A DNA stretch of 64,000 bases, taken from IMG/VR virus record IMGVR_UViG_3300028534_000514, positions 1 to 64,000 of that record; one strand, given 5' to 3'. This document shows positions 45,134 through 55,097 of this stretch, piece by piece (the stretch's first letter is position 1; every line of letters starts with the position of its first letter). The DNA is from a virus. Taxonomy: Duplodnaviria > Heunggongvirae > Uroviricota > Caudoviricetes. A program made the translations under genes and the position numbers. Below the pieces are notes generated by a model. It worked only from the letters and a program-made list of their open reading frames with translations. It did no database searches and had not been told where the DNA came from.

Positions 45134-48100
45134 ATGAGACGAAATCCAATATACGTATTCGAAGATTTACAGTCAATTGGAATTTACAATGTTCCTGTTG
45201 GTTCAACTGTTCAAATTAACGATGCGGATGACTTAACCCCAGGTAGCCAGCCATTGCTGGTACAAGTAGTTTCAAAGAATGGTTTAAGTACCGGTTCTAC
45301 GGTTGCTGAATTTTTAAGCAATTCTGATAATTATTCAAATGCAAGTGATTCAACTGAGATACCATCAGAGCTTGAAAAAATTGAGCAGAATGGCAAAATT
45401 GGTTGGAGAATTCTTGGTGCAGATAATACTAAATATGGTGAAATTGGTTTAAAAGCTATTGATCTAACCCAGGTTAATACTGGTGCTTCTGGTGTTGCCA
45501 GTTTCGGGGCTACTGGCGATTATGCCTTTACCGCTGGTTTCGAAACTCAGGCTTCAGGAGAGAAATCTACTGCTTTAGGGAGAGGGACTAAAACCCAAAC
45601 TCTTGGAAAAACGGTTATTGGTTCATATAATACAGATTTAAATAATACAGCATTGGTTGAATTCGGTATTGGACAGGCTGATTCCGAAAGAAAAGATGGA
45701 TTGGTTCTTTATGCTGACGGTTCTGTCGAAGCACCAAACTCCACAATGACAGCCATTGATAATAGAGGCCAATATGCCTTGATTACAAAAGAGTACCTTG
45801 ATACTATCGATGCTAAAAAAGTAAATAGATCAGGTGACCATATGGTAGGCGATTTATTCATAGATGGCGCTAGTCTTTTTGTAAGAAAAGATAATAATAT
45901 TGGTGGAGACATTTCCCTTGATGGAAGTCTAACTGTGGGTAATGGTTCTAATGGTTATAGTTATGTATATTTTAACGCTGGTAATGCGAATATAGTATAT
46001 AATACTGTTTCCAATGAATTTCAATTAGAAGGACCATCTACTTCTGGCGCACAAAGAATTTGGCATAGCGGCAATATGGGAACACAATCGGGACTTGATG
46101 CAGATTTATTAGATGGACTGCAGCCTAATGAGTTACCAATCTCGGATGCAACTTCTGCTGAACTTGATTTAAAATATGATAAAGCCGGTGGGACTATTAG
46201 TGGAAGTGTTGCTATTGAAGGAGAATTAGGCGTTACTTCAACCGCGAGATTTGGTGGTAACGTTGAGCTTGGAACGGTTACAACAGAGGTTACCTTTATT
46301 AATGATATTACAATTAATGGTGGGCTAACCGTAGGTCAATATATTTCTGGACTTGCACTGGAATTAGGTCTAGACCAAAATCAATCAAAAATTATTTTTA
46401 CAGATACAGCATCAGCTGACCCTGCTTTTTATTGGGATGCTAATAATGGATATAAAGATTTCTTTGTAGATACAGATGTTTCTGTTGGTAATGTTGTATG
46501 GCATGCTGGAAATTTCTTACCAAATGATAAATATGATAAGACCGGTGGACCTATTTCTGGAGATGTTTCAGTAAGTGGTAATATTGATGTAACCCAGAAT
46601 ATTAATGCTGATGGTGATTTAACTATTGGTGGAACGGCTATTATTTCTGGTGATTTAAGAGGAAATGCAAATCTAAATATTCTTAATAACATCACATCCG
46701 ATACTCTAAATACAACAACAGCCTCAGTTGATGGAGAATTTAATCTTGGCGGAAGCGCCCATGTTTCTGGTACAGGTATTTTTGGTAGTGGATTAAATAT
46801 TACAGGCGATAGTTCTTTCGCTAATAACCTAAATGTCGATGGTATATCAACATTTAATAATGATGTTGTAATTACAGGAAATCTTGATATAGATAAATAC
46901 TTAAGAGTTGTTGGAGATGCTTATTTCGATAAAACCGTTAGTATTGGTTATGACGCCGATAATAATTCAACAATATATTTTACAGATATTTCTGGTCGCG
47001 TTCCAGCTTTATATTGGGATAAAGACACTGCCGATTTCTTCGTAAATATAGATACTGCTACTACTACTGGTACTAAAATTTGGCACGCAGGAAATCTAGA
47101 TCCAAATGATGAAACTATATTTCCTAAACATTTTGATACCTTAGCCGATACACCGGCAAGTAAAACGAATGCTGCTGGGAAATACTTAAGAGTTTCAACT
47201 GATGAAACTAAAATAGAGTATGTTGATGTTCCTGATAATAGCGCTCTATGGGGTAATATTACTGGAGATATAAATAATCAAACAGATTTAATTGATAAAT
47301 TAAATCTTAAATTTGATAAGTCAGGCGGCACAATTAGTGGTACTTTACAAGTCGATGGTACCTCTGTATTTAATGATTTAGTAACCTTTAATAAAAAATT
47401 AACTGCTCGTGATATTGCTGAATTCGAGCAAAGTGTAACTTTTGATTTAGATATAACTGTTCAGGGCGAATCAACATTTAATGAAGATAGTACATTTGGG
47501 GCTAAAGTAAATATTTTGGGAGACATTGACGTTTCCGCTGATAGTTATTTCCGTGGGGATACTTGGATTACCGGCGACCTCGGGGTACAGGGTAGCTCGA
47601 CTCTTCAAGGAAATGTTGCTGTGCAAAATGATCTCCTTGTTCAAAATAACTTAAATGTTATGTTATCAACACAATTAACAGGTAGTACTTCTATAGGTAG
47701 CACACTTACTGTTAGTGATGAAACAACATTAAATGATAAATTATCAGCGAATGGTGATGTTGATATCCAGGGTCTTACCAGAATCTATAATGATATCCAA
47801 ATTCAAGGAGATATTTATGGTTATAGTGATGCTAGTCTTACAGGAGATTTGCGTGTAAGCGGAACTAGTTCTCTAACTGGAGACGTTGTAGCTGGGGCTA
47901 ATGTAACAGTTACTGATAACTTAACAGTTAATAAGCAGACAAATCTAATTGAAGCAGCTCACCTTCAAGACACATTAGACGTAGCCGGAACAACTTCACT
48001 AGTTGGCGATGTTAGCATGTCTAATTCTTTAACCGTTGGTACAACCTTGGATATAGGCACAAACACTACAATCGGAGGAGATTTAACGGTCAATGGTGCA

Positions 48101-49834
48101 TCTACCCTTACTGGTAATGTTTCTCTTGCAAATAATCTTTCTGTTGGTGGAGACCTAGATGTAACTGGGATTAGCACCTTTGGTGATAATATTAATATTA
48201 CAGGAAGCGGAAGCTTCACCGGGGATATTATTGTCGCTGGTACTAGTACACTTACAGGTTTGGTTACAGCAAATGATAATGTAGTTATTGATAAAAATCT
48301 TAATGTTAAAACTGACACTGATATCGATGGATTATTAAATGTTGATAGTGATGCAACCTTTGGTAATAATATAGACGTTAATTCAAATGTTTATGTTCAC
48401 CAAAATTTAATTGTTGATTATAACTCGACAGTTGATGGACTAACTGTTGGTCGTGGAGCTGCCTCATTTGAGGATACTCTAACAGTTTCCGGTTTAATTA
48501 CCGCTAATGATGGCTTGCAGGTTAATGGTGATACCACCCTAAATGGAAAGTTAGACGTATCTTTTGATACAACTATTGGTGGTAATCTTAGTGTAACAGG
48601 TGACATTACTGAAAATGGTGATAGAGTAGCAACCCTTGATAGCTCAACAGGTAAACTCAAAACCTCTCAGTTACCTGCATTGGCGATTACTTCTGTATAT
48701 GTAAAAAATACTATCTCAGAAAGAGATCAATTAGTAACAGATGGCGTTGTTGAAGAAGGGGATGTTTGTAAAGTAATTGATAGTGATGGTAACGGTAATC
48801 CTCAAACTTATATTTTGGATTCAACTGATACCTGGATTGATATTCAAGAAACATCTAATGTGATTTCTGTAAATGGACAGACTGGAGCAGTAGTTCTTTC
48901 AACAGATGATATTGCAGAAGGAACAACCAATCTTTATTATACAGATGCCAGAGCAGATGCACGCGTTCAAGCAGCTATTGACGATAACGCATGGACTGGA
49001 GACACTGATAAGATTCTTTCGGCAGATAAAATTTCAACAGAATTTACTGGAATAGATAATAGAGTATCAACAAACGAAGTAGATATTTCTAATCTTTCAA
49101 ATGAGGTTGACGCTACCCAGGCTGGTGCTGGTTTAGGAAGCGATGGTAGTTATACAGCTGATAGTACCACAAACTATATCTCTGGAGCGACTGATTTATT
49201 TAATGCTGATACGTTATTGGATTCCGCTATTAAAACTAATAGTGATAATATTACTACAAATAGTAACGATATTTCTACCTTACAAACAGATAAGCTTGAT
49301 AAAACAGGTGGTTTAGTTACTGGTGATTTAAATATTGATAATGAATATCACTTGTTAGTTAATCCATGGACATCCGGAGGCAATGTTTCTGCTCAAATTC
49401 TTGGTGATAGATTCGAATTTATCGATGGTGATAATAATATTACCGCTGGTATAATCTATGATATAACCAATAAACATGTTGATATTAAAGTAAATGATAT
49501 TACATCTATAAGTCTTGTTGAAAATGAGGCACCAAGCACTCAATTCCAACCTACGGCTACTAATCACTTAACTCGTAAAGACTATGTTGACAGTGAAATA
49601 GCTTCTATTCCTACACGTCATACTCAAGATGAGGATGGTGATGGAACAACAGTCGAGTATACAATCTCTGGAATTATACTTACAAATTCAGATATTGATG
49701 TATTTATCGATGGGGTAATGCAGCGCCCAGATGGGTCAATTTATACTGTTTCTGATAATGGTACAGATACAAAAGTATCATTTAATACCGCGCCTGCAAA
49801 CGGTGCATGGATTAGATTTAATTATTATAATTAA
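45134..49834 (+). CDS. large tail-fibre / tail-spike-like protein (1566 aa) with beta-helical repeats
   Basis: Conserved N-terminal domain MRRNPIYVFEDLQSIGIYNVPVGSTVQINDADD shared with 3 downstream paralogues. Long runs of degenerate G/N/T/D/V-rich repeats (NLNVDGISTFNNDVVITGNLDID...) typical of fibre shafts. Confidence 0.7.
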   Translation: MRRNPIYVFEDLQSIGIYNVPVGSTVQINDADDLTPGSQPLLVQVVSKNGLSTGSTVAEFLSNSDNYSNASDSTEIPSELEKIEQNGKIGWRILGADNTKYGEIGLKAIDLTQVNTGASGVASFGATGDYAFTAGFETQASGEKSTALGRGTKTQTLGKTVIGSYNTDLNNTALVEFGIGQADSERKDGLVLYADGSVEAPNSTMTAIDNRGQYALITKEYLDTIDAKKVNRSGDHMVGDLFIDGASLFVRKDNNIGGDISLDGSLTVGNGSNGYSYVYFNAGNANIVYNTVSNEFQLEGPSTSGAQRIWHSGNMGTQSGLDADLLDGLQPNELPISDATSAELDLKYDKAGGTISGSVAIEGELGVTSTARFGGNVELGTVTTEVTFINDITINGGLTVGQYISGLALELGLDQNQSKIIFTDTASADPAFYWDANNGYKDFFVDTDVSVGNVVWHAGNFLPNDKYDKTGGPISGDVSVSGNIDVTQNINADGDLTIGGTAIISGDLRGNANLNILNNITSDTLNTTTASVDGEFNLGGSAHVSGTGIFGSGLNITGDSSFANNLNVDGISTFNNDVVITGNLDIDKYLRVVGDAYFDKTVSIGYDADNNSTIYFTDISGRVPALYWDKDTADFFVNIDTATTTGTKIWHAGNLDPNDETIFPKHFDTLADTPASKTNAAGKYLRVSTDETKIEYVDVPDNSALWGNITGDINNQTDLIDKLNLKFDKSGGTISGTLQVDGTSVFNDLVTFNKKLTARDIAEFEQSVTFDLDITVQGESTFNEDSTFGAKVNILGDIDVSADSYFRGDTWITGDLGVQGSSTLQGNVAVQNDLLVQNNLNVMLSTQLTGSTSIGSTLTVSDETTLNDKLSANGDVDIQGLTRIYNDIQIQGDIYGYSDASLTGDLRVSGTSSLTGDVVAGANVTVTDNLTVNKQTNLIEAAHLQDTLDVAGTTSLVGDVSMSNSLTVGTTLDIGTNTTIGGDLTVNGASTLTGNVSLANNLSVGGDLDVTGISTFGDNINITGSGSFTGDIIVAGTSTLTGLVTANDNVVIDKNLNVKTDTDIDGLLNVDSDATFGNNIDVNSNVYVHQNLIVDYNSTVDGLTVGRGAASFEDTLTVSGLITANDGLQVNGDTTLNGKLDVSFDTTIGGNLSVTGDITENGDRVATLDSSTGKLKTSQLPALAITSVYVKNTISERDQLVTDGVVEEGDVCKVIDSDGNGNPQTYILDSTDTWIDIQETSNVISVNGQTGAVVLSTDDIAEGTTNLYYTDARADARVQAAIDDNAWTGDTDKILSADKISTEFTGIDNRVSTNEVDISNLSNEVDATQAGAGLGSDGSYTADSTTNYISGATDLFNADTLLDSAIKTNSDNITTNSNDISTLQTDKLDKTGGLVTGDLNIDNEYHLLVNPWTSGGNVSAQILGDRFEFIDGDNNITAGIIYDITNKHVDIKVNDITSISLVENEAPSTQFQPTATNHLTRKDYVDSEIASIPTRHTQDEDGDGTTVEYTISGIILTNSDIDVFIDGVMQRPDGSIYTVSDNGTDTKVSFNTAPANGAWIRFNYYN

Positions 49835-49851
49835 TCATATAATTCTGTTTT

Positions 49852-49879
49852 AAACCATTGAGCTCGAGCTCAATGGTTT
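49852..49879 (+). terminator. perfect 28-nt palindrome aaaccattgagctc|gagctcaatggttt followed by TTTCCTGTCC and AACAAAGAT
   Basis: Directly after the fibre gene stop. Confidence 0.55.
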
Positions 49880-49919
49880 TTCCTGTCCAAACAAAGATAC
49901 ATAATAAAAAGGAGAAATA

Positions 49920-51158
49920 ATGAGACGAAATCCATTATATGTTTTTGATAATCTGGATTCTAAAGGAATCTATAATGTTCCTCTTGAATCAACTGTCCAA
50001 ATTAATGATGCGGATGGAAACGGATCAACATTGATTGTCCAAGTTAGTTCTAAAGATAATATGGATGTGAATACGACCATCCGAGATTTTTTACAGCTTG
50101 AGGACAATTATGAAAGACCTGGCACTATAGGAATGCTTACTGATGATGCAAAAGGGCAACCAGATGGTGTAGCACCTCTCGATGAGAATGGTTTAATTCC
50201 TGGACGTTATATCCCAACGATGGATATTAATAATGCTTACGTTGTAAATACTGTACAGGATATGTTAGATATATCAAATACTAGCCAGGCTAATATAGGG
50301 GATGTTTGTATTGTCACGGATACAAATGAGACTTATATTTACAATGGCGATCATACAGGTACTGTTGCAGACTGGACAAAACTTATTATTAATATAGGAG
50401 ATGTTCAATCTGTAAATGGGAAAACGGGTGTTGTTGTATTAAATGCTGATGATATTGATGAAGGCGCAATTAATCGTTATATGAATCCAACGTCTTTTAA
50501 AGATTATTTTAGACAGGAGCCCATTCAAAATTTATCGAATGTAATTGATGGTCCTGCTAATGTTGGAGACGCCTTAACTTTTGATGGAACGAATTGGGGA
50601 GCTGCCCAGATCCCACAAAAAGTAGTTTCTGTTAATGGATTTGATGGGGTTGTTAATCTAACCACTTCTGAAATTTCTGAAAATGGAAATCTTTATTATA
50701 CAGATGATAGAGTAGATAGCCGTATTCAAACTGAATGGATCGACCCAATTTCTGGTATAGGTGATTATAATAAAATATGGTCAGCTGACAAGATTGCTAC
50801 TGAATTATCATATTTAACTACTAAAGATTATGTTGATAATGGACTAGAATTGAAATTTGATAAAGTTGGTGGGACAATTACAGGGGATGTTTTAATCGAT
50901 GGACAATTGACATTATCAAATGGCGATATTAAAATTGGCGATAGTAATGGTATTTCTTTATATCCAGATGCTGCCCCAACGACAGACTGGGAACCAACCG
51001 AACCAGATAGTTTAGTAAGAAAAGACTATGTTGATGGGGAAATTGCATCAAGAGTTGCAGTTGATCCTGGAGATTCAATAGCTACTGATATTGAACAGTT
51101 AGTATCAGATTATAATGACCTTCTTTCTAATTTAAGAAATGCTGGTATTATAGCATAA
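49920..51158 (+). CDS. tail-fibre paralogue (412 aa)
   Basis: N-terminus MRRNPLYVFDNLDSKGIYNVPLESTVQINDADGNG. SD aaaaaggagaaataATG. Shares SVNGQTG.VVL..DDI.EG..NLYYTD motif with the 1566-aa protein. Confidence 0.6.
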   Translation: MRRNPLYVFDNLDSKGIYNVPLESTVQINDADGNGSTLIVQVSSKDNMDVNTTIRDFLQLEDNYERPGTIGMLTDDAKGQPDGVAPLDENGLIPGRYIPTMDINNAYVVNTVQDMLDISNTSQANIGDVCIVTDTNETYIYNGDHTGTVADWTKLIINIGDVQSVNGKTGVVVLNADDIDEGAINRYMNPTSFKDYFRQEPIQNLSNVIDGPANVGDALTFDGTNWGAAQIPQKVVSVNGFDGVVNLTTSEISENGNLYYTDDRVDSRIQTEWIDPISGIGDYNKIWSADKIATELSYLTTKDYVDNGLELKFDKVGGTITGDVLIDGQLTLSNGDIKIGDSNGISLYPDAAPTTDWEPTEPDSLVRKDYVDGEIASRVAVDPGDSIATDIEQLVSDYNDLLSNLRNAGIIA

Positions 51159-51171
51159 AAAAAGAAAGATT

Positions 51172-51212
51172 ATTTTCGAGCAATTGCTACTTTTGAGCAA
51201 AAGCTCGAAAAT
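51172..51212. repeat. GAGCAATTGCTA palindromic element copy with palindromic flanks, intergenic
   Basis: attttcgagcaattgctacttttgagcaaaagctcgaaaat. Confidence 0.7.
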
Positions 51213-51230
51213 CTTCCTGTGCTTTATATT

Positions 51231-51246
51231 TCAACAAAGATATATT
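51231..51246 (+). promoter_or_regulatory. late-promoter-like motif TCAACAAAGATATATT
   Basis: ~25 nt upstream of the ATG at 51269. Confidence 0.5.
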
Positions 51247-51268
51247 ATTTAAAACTTAGGAGATTCAA

Positions 51269-54067
51269 ATGAAACGAAATCCGTTATACGTCTTTGATAA
51301 TTTACAATCGACCGGTATATATAATGTACCAGTCGATTCTACTATACAAATCAATGACGTAGATTCGCAAGGTACCCCAAAAATTATTCAGTTAACTTCC
51401 AAAGAAGGATTGACTCCTGATTCAACTATAGCACACTTTTTATCATTAAATGATAATTATGTTGATCTCAACGAAGCTACTGAGATACCATCAGAGCTTG
51501 AAAAAATTGAGCAGAATGGCAAAATTGGTTGGAGAATTCTCGGTAGAGAAGAAACAGATTATGGTCCAATAGGAAAAGAGGCTTTTGATTTTAGTAAAGC
51601 TTTTAATATCACAGATCCCTCTGCTAATTATGGAGCCACTGGCGATTACTCCTTCGCTGAAGGATACAGAACTAAAGCCGTTGGCTGGGCTTCGCACGCC
51701 GAAGGGTTAGGCACGATTGCTTTGGGAAAGGCAAGCCATGCCATGGGATTATATAATGTTGGTCAAAATCCAAATAATATTCTCGAGATTGGTTGTGGGC
51801 TTGGTATCGGTACACGAGAGAACGCTCTTGAGATAACAACCGACGGGGAAATAACAGCACCAAATTTATCAATTAATAAAATTAATAATAAAGGACAACA
51901 ATCCCTTGTTACAAAAGAATACAGTGACCAAAATTTAAATTCTAAAGTTAATAAAGCTGGAGATACAATAACAGGAAATCTTTATGTTATAGGAGACAAT
52001 CCGAGTTTTGATTACTCGTTCACCAATGAAGGGTTAGCCCTATTTAAAAATGGGGTAACCCTTGAAAAAACTATCAAGATTGGTTTAAATAGTTCTTTTA
52101 ATTCCGAAATTATCTTTACTGATAATAATCAAAATTTAAATCCTTCTATTTATTGGTCAGATACATACAAAGATTTTTATATTAAAAATAGTATTCGGCC
52201 GGATAATAAGATATGGCATAGTGGTAACGATGGTGAAAACTCTGAACTAAGTGCAGGATATTTAGGGACTTATCGTTGGGATGAAATTGCTCCAAAGACA
52301 TACGTTGATAATGGATTAGAATCGAAATTTGATAAAATTGGCGGTCAAATAACAGGAGATGTATCTATAGATGGTGATTTACTTGTTTTTGGAAGAACCC
52401 AAACTCAAAGTCTTCGTATATTAGATAATGTTGTAGTTGACGGAACAAGTACGTTTAGACAACAGGTAATATGTGATACCAATTTTATTTCGAATTCAAG
52501 AGTATATTTAAACGAGTTATATGCCGCCTCCGGTACTATAAAAACAATATCTGATATTGAATTTAATAAATCGTATTTTAATGATATTCCTGAATTTGCT
52601 TTTGGTTTATTTATTAAATCAAATAATGGGAAATCATCTGTTGATTTTGAAAACCCAAATACTGGAAATAATACTTCCATCTTTTGGAGCACGACCGATA
52701 ATGCATTCATGGTAACTGATTCCGATGGTAATGATTATAAATTATATCATGGAGGGGAACTTCCACCGTCTTCCGGGGTTTCGGAATTTGACCAATTAAC
52801 AGATACACCCTCATCAAAAGTTGGTAATAGTCAAAAATATCTAAGAGTATCTACAGATGAATCAACTCTTTATTATGATGAGTTAGATGCAACACAAATA
52901 ATTGATGATACTGCTGGGAATAATATTACTGATAAAACCTGGTCAGCAAATAAGATATATGATGAATTACTTACAAAACTTAATATAAATGGTGGTAGCA
53001 TTTCTGGTTCACTTGCTATCTCGAATAATCTGACCGTAAATGTTGATGCGTATATCGCGAATTCATTACAGGTAGATGGTGGTTTAGCTGCAGATACCTT
53101 TACTTCGAATGAAGTTGACTTTTTAGGAAAAGTTGTTATATCTAATGATTTAAATGTAAATTCTATAACTAGAACACAAGGGTTATTTATATATGCCGAT
53201 TCAAATAATAATGATCGTTCAAGTATAGCTTTCGAAGAACTTGCTAACCCTGTTGGTGTAAAGCCAGCTTTATATTGGGATAATACAGATGAACTTTTTA
53301 AAATAGATGATAATTATGGAATTGGGCAAGAGCTTTGGCATAATGGTAATCTAAATTTAGATGGTTTTGTGCGTACTGATCAACAAAATTCATTTGCCGA
53401 GCTAAATTACTTTAATGGTGGGTTAGATGTTACACAATATCCATTAACTACTGACGAATTAGAAGTAAAACTTGGGAGAATTTTCATAGGCCCTGATGGA
53501 AATTATGAATCAGGTATAGAATGTGATGATTATGACACAAGCACTACCCCACCAACAGCAACTGGAGATATTCCAAGATTTTATTGGGATCCTAATGCTA
53601 AACAATGGGCAGTAAATGCATGGGACTTTTTAAATCAGGATGCGAATGGAGATCCAGATCCAGTATTTAGTCAAAATTTACGTGTTTGGCATATGGGGAA
53701 TTTTAATCCTGATACAAAATTTGAGGTTATCGGTGGGGATATTTTTGGTGATGTTCATATTCAAGCTAGTCCAACTAACAATGGTAATGGCGATTTAACT
53801 GTTGATGGTGATTTAACTGTTGGTGGCGCGGTTGTTTATGATGATATTGGTACTGTAAATCTTACAGTTTCCGGTAATGTTTCTTTCGATGGAACGGAAA
53901 CTGGAGATCAAGATTTTTCTATCGCAGGAGATGTTAGAATTACAATTGATTCAGACGAGGTTAATTTTAATGGGACACAAATCTTTATGAATAATTTACC
54001 AACAAGTGATCCTGGAAATTCTGGTCAATTATGGAATGATGCTGGGACTCTAAAGATTTCATTATAG
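51269..54067 (+). CDS. tail-fibre paralogue (932 aa)
   Basis: N-terminus MKRNPLYVFDNLQSTGIYNVPVDSTIQINDVDSQG. Contains a 62-nt stretch identical to 45353-45414 (TEIPSELEKIEQNGKIGWRIL). Confidence 0.65.
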   Translation: MKRNPLYVFDNLQSTGIYNVPVDSTIQINDVDSQGTPKIIQLTSKEGLTPDSTIAHFLSLNDNYVDLNEATEIPSELEKIEQNGKIGWRILGREETDYGPIGKEAFDFSKAFNITDPSANYGATGDYSFAEGYRTKAVGWASHAEGLGTIALGKASHAMGLYNVGQNPNNILEIGCGLGIGTRENALEITTDGEITAPNLSINKINNKGQQSLVTKEYSDQNLNSKVNKAGDTITGNLYVIGDNPSFDYSFTNEGLALFKNGVTLEKTIKIGLNSSFNSEIIFTDNNQNLNPSIYWSDTYKDFYIKNSIRPDNKIWHSGNDGENSELSAGYLGTYRWDEIAPKTYVDNGLESKFDKIGGQITGDVSIDGDLLVFGRTQTQSLRILDNVVVDGTSTFRQQVICDTNFISNSRVYLNELYAASGTIKTISDIEFNKSYFNDIPEFAFGLFIKSNNGKSSVDFENPNTGNNTSIFWSTTDNAFMVTDSDGNDYKLYHGGELPPSSGVSEFDQLTDTPSSKVGNSQKYLRVSTDESTLYYDELDATQIIDDTAGNNITDKTWSANKIYDELLTKLNINGGSISGSLAISNNLTVNVDAYIANSLQVDGGLAADTFTSNEVDFLGKVVISNDLNVNSITRTQGLFIYADSNNNDRSSIAFEELANPVGVKPALYWDNTDELFKIDDNYGIGQELWHNGNLNLDGFVRTDQQNSFAELNYFNGGLDVTQYPLTTDELEVKLGRIFIGPDGNYESGIECDDYDTSTTPPTATGDIPRFYWDPNAKQWAVNAWDFLNQDANGDPDPVFSQNLRVWHMGNFNPDTKFEVIGGDIFGDVHIQASPTNNGNGDLTVDGDLTVGGAVVYDDIGTVNLTVSGNVSFDGTETGDQDFSIAGDVRITIDSDEVNFNGTQIFMNNLPTSDPGNSGQLWNDAGTLKISL

Positions 54068-54203
54068 CAAATATAAATATTAATTAAAGACTCGAGATAG
54101 AGTCGGTGGGAAAATTCGGGCAATAGGCTCGGGGCACCCCACCACCCTTTCTTGTTCCCAATTTTTTTACTCAATTGGGTGGTTTTGCTCTAAAGTAGCA
54201 GAA
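54068..54203. other. GC-rich structured non-coding region
   Basis: Nested inverted repeats (gactcgagatagagtc; ggtggg...cccacc; ccaccc...gggtgg) in an otherwise AT-rich genome. No ORF. Confidence 0.35.
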
Positions 54204-54206
54204 ATG

Positions 54207-54243
54207 ATTATTTTCGAGCAATTGCTCAAAAAGAGCAAAGCCC
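54207..54243. repeat. GAGCAATTGCTC palindromic element copy, upstream of the sulfotransferase-like gene
   Basis: attattttcgagcaattgctcaaaaagagcaaagcc. Confidence 0.7.
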
Positions 54244-54263
54244 TATTTTTAAAAGGAATACTA

Positions 54264-55025
54264 ATGTATACAATCGAATCGAATAATGAAATAAAGACTT
54301 TTATGCACCCAGTTAAATCCGCTGGAATTTCTGTTCATACCGGAATTATTAGTGCAAGCAATAACTATAATTATAGAGTCCATGTTAATCAACGACATGC
54401 ACATATTAGAAATTTACCGGAAATTTATAGAGACTATCCAAAATATACTGTATTACGCGAACCACATAAATGGTACAAGAGTTTCCAATCTTTTTTCACA
54501 GGGGTTGAGGGGTATCTTTCTTGGGCGTTGACGGACCCAAAAGAAGATGGTTATATCTATCCAATTAAGCCAGATGAGTTCATAAGACGCATGATGAATA
54601 TGAAAAATACTCTGATCGAATTTCCGAATAAAGCTAGAGTCTTTCGTAATCTTCTTCGCAGTCAAGGGAATATGCACTTTATTACGGGATATTTTGAAAG
54701 CGATTTTCATCCTGAAGATGAGCAATCAATGGAACAATTTGATATGTCATTATATAGATGGTTTACGAATCCGATGGGAGAAGATACTATTTTCATACCA
54801 ATGAATCGTCTTGATATTATAGAAAAAGTATTCAATATAAAGATTCCACATGTTAATAGAACTGACCCTAATAAACAGAATTTTGAATATTCAGAAGAAT
54901 CCATTGAATTAATTAAAAGGGTTGATGTTGAATACTATAAAATGATTGAAACTTTTGATGAAAATAATCTATTGACCTTTAAAGAATGGAGGGAAAAATA
55001 TGGCGAGGTGTTTAACGACCGATGA
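54264..55025 (+). CDS. possible sulfotransferase-fold protein (253 aa; start revised to MYTIES)
   Basis: The track ORF starts at 54204 inside the repeat element. The internal start has SD aaaaggaatactaATG. Weak PAPS-binding-like motifs: HPVKSAGIS (5'-PSB PKxGTT-like) and TVLREPHKWYKSF (3'-PB R.P....S-like). Weak call. Confidence 0.35.
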   Translation: MYTIESNNEIKTFMHPVKSAGISVHTGIISASNNYNYRVHVNQRHAHIRNLPEIYRDYPKYTVLREPHKWYKSFQSFFTGVEGYLSWALTDPKEDGYIYPIKPDEFIRRMMNMKNTLIEFPNKARVFRNLLRSQGNMHFITGYFESDFHPEDEQSMEQFDMSLYRWFTNPMGEDTIFIPMNRLDIIEKVFNIKIPHVNRTDPNKQNFEYSEESIELIKRVDVEYYKMIETFDENNLLTFKEWREKYGEVFNDR

Positions 55026-55097
55026 ATTCATAAAAAAAGCTAGGAAAACAGAATTCTTTAAAGAAGATATTCTTCAATTAAATAAAAAAGGAAATAA

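Noticed and set aside
45709-48660. Minus-strand ORFs (67-117 aa) inside the 1566-aa fibre gene
   Set aside because: Antisense frames of a repetitive coding region. Proline/Ser/Val-rich, no starts with SD.
54204-54263. N-terminal 20 codons of the track ORF 54204-55025
   Set aside because: This stretch is the dispersed palindromic element. A better start with SD exists at 54264. The 5' extension is likely not translated.
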